Assembly: GCA_050173015.1 (NCBI GenBank)
Contig: JBFXLE010000007.1
Location: 96,001 to 160,000, forward strand
Reading direction: 5' to 3'
Origin: Calditrichaceae bacterium
GTDB taxonomy: Bacteria > Calditrichota > Calditrichia > Calditrichales > JBFXGD01
DNA length: 64,000 nt
Shown one piece after another: positions 61,759 to 64,000 of the stretch (the stretch's first letter is position 1; each line of letters begins with the position of its first letter). Both the position numbers and the translations under genes were made by a program. Under the pieces are notes generated by a model. The model saw only the letters and a list, made by a program, of their open reading frames with translations, searched no databases and was not told the origin of the DNA.

Positions 61759-62349
61759 ATGTCTTCTGAACCGATAACCGCCAAAGAATCTTTAAAAAAA
61801 CTGCTCGAAGGCAATAAACGTTTTGCCGGCGACAACGCTATTCAGCCAAACCAGACATCAAAACGCCGGACGTCTCTGCAGGAAACACAAAATCCCTTTG
61901 CGGTTATCATGACATGCGCCGACTCGAGAGTATCCCCCGAGATAATATTTGATCAGGGACTCGGAGATCTTTTTGTCACACGGGTTGCGGGTAATGTCGC
62001 AAGTGACTTTGCTTTGGGAACAATCGAGTATGCCGCCATCCAGCTAAATGTGCCATTAGTGCTTGTTGTTGGCCACTCTGCCTGCGCTGCCGTTCAGGGG
62101 GCTATGAATATTTCCGGAATTTCCGGTCAGTTTATCAGTGTCGCGAAAGCCATTAAACCGGCAATTGATCGGCTCGACATTCATCTGAGAAACGATATGG
62201 AGACAGTGATTAAGGAAAATGCGAAGATGGTAGCCGAACAAATAAGTTCATCCGGACCGCTTATCGCTGATCTCGTTTCTTCAGGCAAATTAACCGTCCT
62301 AAGCGCCTTTTATAATTTTTCAACCGGATTGGTTGAAGTTATCTCTTAA
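61759..62349 (+). CDS. Beta-class carbonic anhydrase
   Basis: LLEGNKRF, Zn ligands CADSR and GHSAC, GDLFVTRVAGN. Confidence 0.95.
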   Translation: MSSEPITAKESLKKLLEGNKRFAGDNAIQPNQTSKRRTSLQETQNPFAVIMTCADSRVSPEIIFDQGLGDLFVTRVAGNVASDFALGTIEYAAIQLNVPLVLVVGHSACAAVQGAMNISGISGQFISVAKAIKPAIDRLDIHLRNDMETVIKENAKMVAEQISSSGPLIADLVSSGKLTVLSAFYNFSTGLVEVIS

Positions 62350-62517
62350 GAATCGATCGCAGAATCTTCAAATTAAACTTTATTTTGGGTGGAATATCAA
62401 AGCGTATTTTTATTGTTTAATTTGATAATTGAATAATTTAATATTTAAAATTTTATGCCGATATGATATAAAACTCATTAAAATTGTCTATAATAAAATA
62501 TATCCAGGGGAGTTCAT

Positions 62518-62835
62518 ATGGACCACGAAAATTTACCGGAAAAATACCGTTTGCTTAAGGAAAATCGGAAGAACTACATCAAGGCTATGGAAACGCTCGG
62601 AGAGGCTGTTCGGAAAGAAGGTCCTATTGATGAAAAGACCACCCATCTCATTCAATTAGCGGGCGCGGCTACTCTTCGATCAGAAGGCGCGGTGCACAGT
62701 CACGCCAGACGAGCCCTTGAAGCGGGCGCCACACCTGAAGAGATCTATCACGCGGTCATTTTATTGACTCCGACCATCGGATTTCCAAACGTAGCCGCCG
62801 CGCTGAGTTGGGTTGATGATGTCATTGAAAAATAG
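62518..62835 (+). CDS. Carboxymuconolactone decarboxylase (CMD/AhpD-like) family protein
   Basis: IDEKTTHLIQL, SHARRALEAGATPEEI, IGFP; no CxxC. Confidence 0.88.
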   Translation: MDHENLPEKYRLLKENRKNYIKAMETLGEAVRKEGPIDEKTTHLIQLAGAATLRSEGAVHSHARRALEAGATPEEIYHAVILLTPTIGFPNVAAALSWVDDVIEK

Positions 62836-62861
62836 TATTTCAGTGCCTCTAGTCATTTTAA

Positions 62862-62896
62862 ACCGGATATAATAAATGAAAATATCCGGTGTTTTT
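62862..62896 (+). terminator. Probable terminator between convergent CMD and DUF4846 genes
   Basis: ACCGGATAT-N11-ATATCCGGT followed by GTTTTT. Confidence 0.55.
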
Positions 62897-62932
62897 ATAT
62901 TAACGGCGATTTATCTCATTTGAATCATACTA

Positions 62933-63796
62933 TTAATGAAACCGGCGCAAACCGTCCCAGCCCATTTTCTTTTTTATCGGTAAGGGTAAATGTTTTTGAC
63001 TGATATCGATTGGAAACCAGAGTTCCTTGTTTTTATATTTTAAAATATACAACGGACAGGCGGGTGTATCACCCTGAGCAACCAGGGCCGCTAAATTGCC
63101 ATATTCATCTTTGGCCAGATCCATGATCATAACCGCGTGCCCTTTTCGTCCTTTTTTGACAAAAAAATCTCCGATTTGCAATTCTACAGCGGGAATATCT
63201 TTGTAAAAATGATAAAAAGTTTGTGTACCCGAATATTCAAATATCACACGAAGATATTTTTCATAATTATCATGGGAAAAATCCTGACCGGAAATTTTTC
63301 TTAAGAAAAAATGCAGGCCCGCGAAATCAGGACGGTAACCTTCTGCCCACTGATTCCACGAAAAGGCCAGTCCGTCCGGCAACGGAAATACAATTTGTTT
63401 TTTTAAACCTGAAGTCCAAAGATAATCCGCCCGAATTCGAATCAGAATATCCATACATTGTTCGAGATTTCTGCCCGAAATATCGATGGCGGTCACGGCA
63501 GCGAGAGTGGTATCACCGGAGTTGACGCTTATTTTTCCACGATAGTCCAATACAGCTGTTTCAGGTGGCATCAGCGGCAAATTCCGCAAATATTCAGCAA
63601 AACCGCCTTTTTCGGCCGGTAACCTTTTGAACCCCCGGGGTGGTGGAAATCTTTCTTCGATGGTCTCAAATTTTTGTAAACCGTATGCCTGGGGATCCTG
63701 GTATCTGATTTGTCCGAATAAGCCGGAATTATTCAAAAAAATGAGTAAGAATACCGCTAAATTGACTGTTGTTTTCACACCAAACGGATCAGTCAT
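62933..63796 (-). CDS. DUF4846-like exported protein
   Basis: Signal-like N-terminus, FPPPRGFKR, YLRNLPL, LEQCMD..IRIRADY, GHAVMIMD; ATG at 63796 overlaps the upstream stop (ATGACTGA). Confidence 0.72.
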   Translation of the reverse strand: MTDPFGVKTTVNLAVFLLIFLNNSGLFGQIRYQDPQAYGLQKFETIEERFPPPRGFKRLPAEKGGFAEYLRNLPLMPPETAVLDYRGKISVNSGDTTLAAVTAIDISGRNLEQCMDILIRIRADYLWTSGLKKQIVFPLPDGLAFSWNQWAEGYRPDFAGLHFFLRKISGQDFSHDNYEKYLRVIFEYSGTQTFYHFYKDIPAVELQIGDFFVKKGRKGHAVMIMDLAKDEYGNLAALVAQGDTPACPLYILKYKNKELWFPIDISQKHLPLPIKKKMGWDGLRRFH

Positions 63797-64000
63797 TGAT
63801 TTCAAAAGAATCTCCATCCATCCAGGCCGGAAATTTCTCCCGGTATCCGGTCAGCGTATGTTGTGAAAGTCTTGCAGTACTGATCATTTCATTCTCCCGC
63901 TGACGAACCAGTTCATTCCCCAGAGGATCAATTATGGAAGAATCACCTATATATTCTATCCCTATGCCATCCCGTCCAACACGATTTACCCCGGCCACAT
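63789..64000 (-). CDS. 3' end of nitrilase/carbon-nitrogen hydrolase (YafV-like omega-amidase), truncated by window edge
   Basis: VAGVNRVGRDG..YIGDSSIIDPLG...YREKFPAWMDGD. Confidence 0.85.
   Translation of the reverse strand, partial: VAGVNRVGRDGIGIEYIGDSSIIDPLGNELVRQRENEMISTARLSQHTLTGYREKFPAWMDGDSFEIND

Noticed and set aside
62429-62659. 76-aa ORF overlapping the CMD gene start
   Set aside because: Starts in AT-rich intergenic DNA, out of frame with a well-supported gene that has its own GGGGAG SD.
1-64000. CRISPR arrays, IS elements, integrases, prophage or defence genes, programmed frameshifts, selenocysteine read-through
   Set aside because: No periodic repeat-spacer pattern, transposase or integrase motifs, split genes or in-frame stops within conserved domains were seen by eye; the only long repeat is tuf.

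Overview
Bacterial chromosomal window of roughly 40% GC (by eye) with strong Shine-Dalgarno usage. Lineage-type insertions in RpoB/RpoC, the long L17 tail and the secY-map-infA order without adk suggest an FCB-group relative (Calditrichota-like; an inference, not a database result). About half of the window (18.8-50.6 kb, all minus strand) is an uninterrupted tRNA-tuf-rpmG-secE-nusG-rplKAJL-rpoBC-str-S10-spc-alpha superoperon with two near-identical tuf copies. To its right lie rpsT, tig-clpP-clpX-lon and accessory genes: a DUF481 outer-membrane protein, an MDR oxidoreductase, an Omp85-barrel fusion, a beta-carbonic anhydrase, a CMD protein, DUF4846 and a partial nitrilase-family gene. To its left is a tightly packed minus-strand run: GHL10/YddW-like hydrolase, hutU, orphan parA, wHTH-REC regulator, cheW, PilJ-like MCP, 1786-aa multi-Hpt CheA-REC, beta-helix/TonB-C protein, AlkP-superfamily enzyme, PfkB kinase, deoxynucleoside kinase, GT4 and a DmsC-like membrane protein. 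There are two best candidates for undescribed biology. The first is a secreted HipA/PI4K-like kinase-fold domain fused through RTX-like repeats to an Omp85 barrel with no POTRA domain evident (58819-61428). The second is a Chp/Tfp-class chemosensory module with no cheR/cheB in the cluster that carries its own Soj-like ATPase and a PatA-like regulator (6439-15889). No CRISPR array, rRNA, prophage or mobile element was seen. All family calls are by motif recognition, without database searches.
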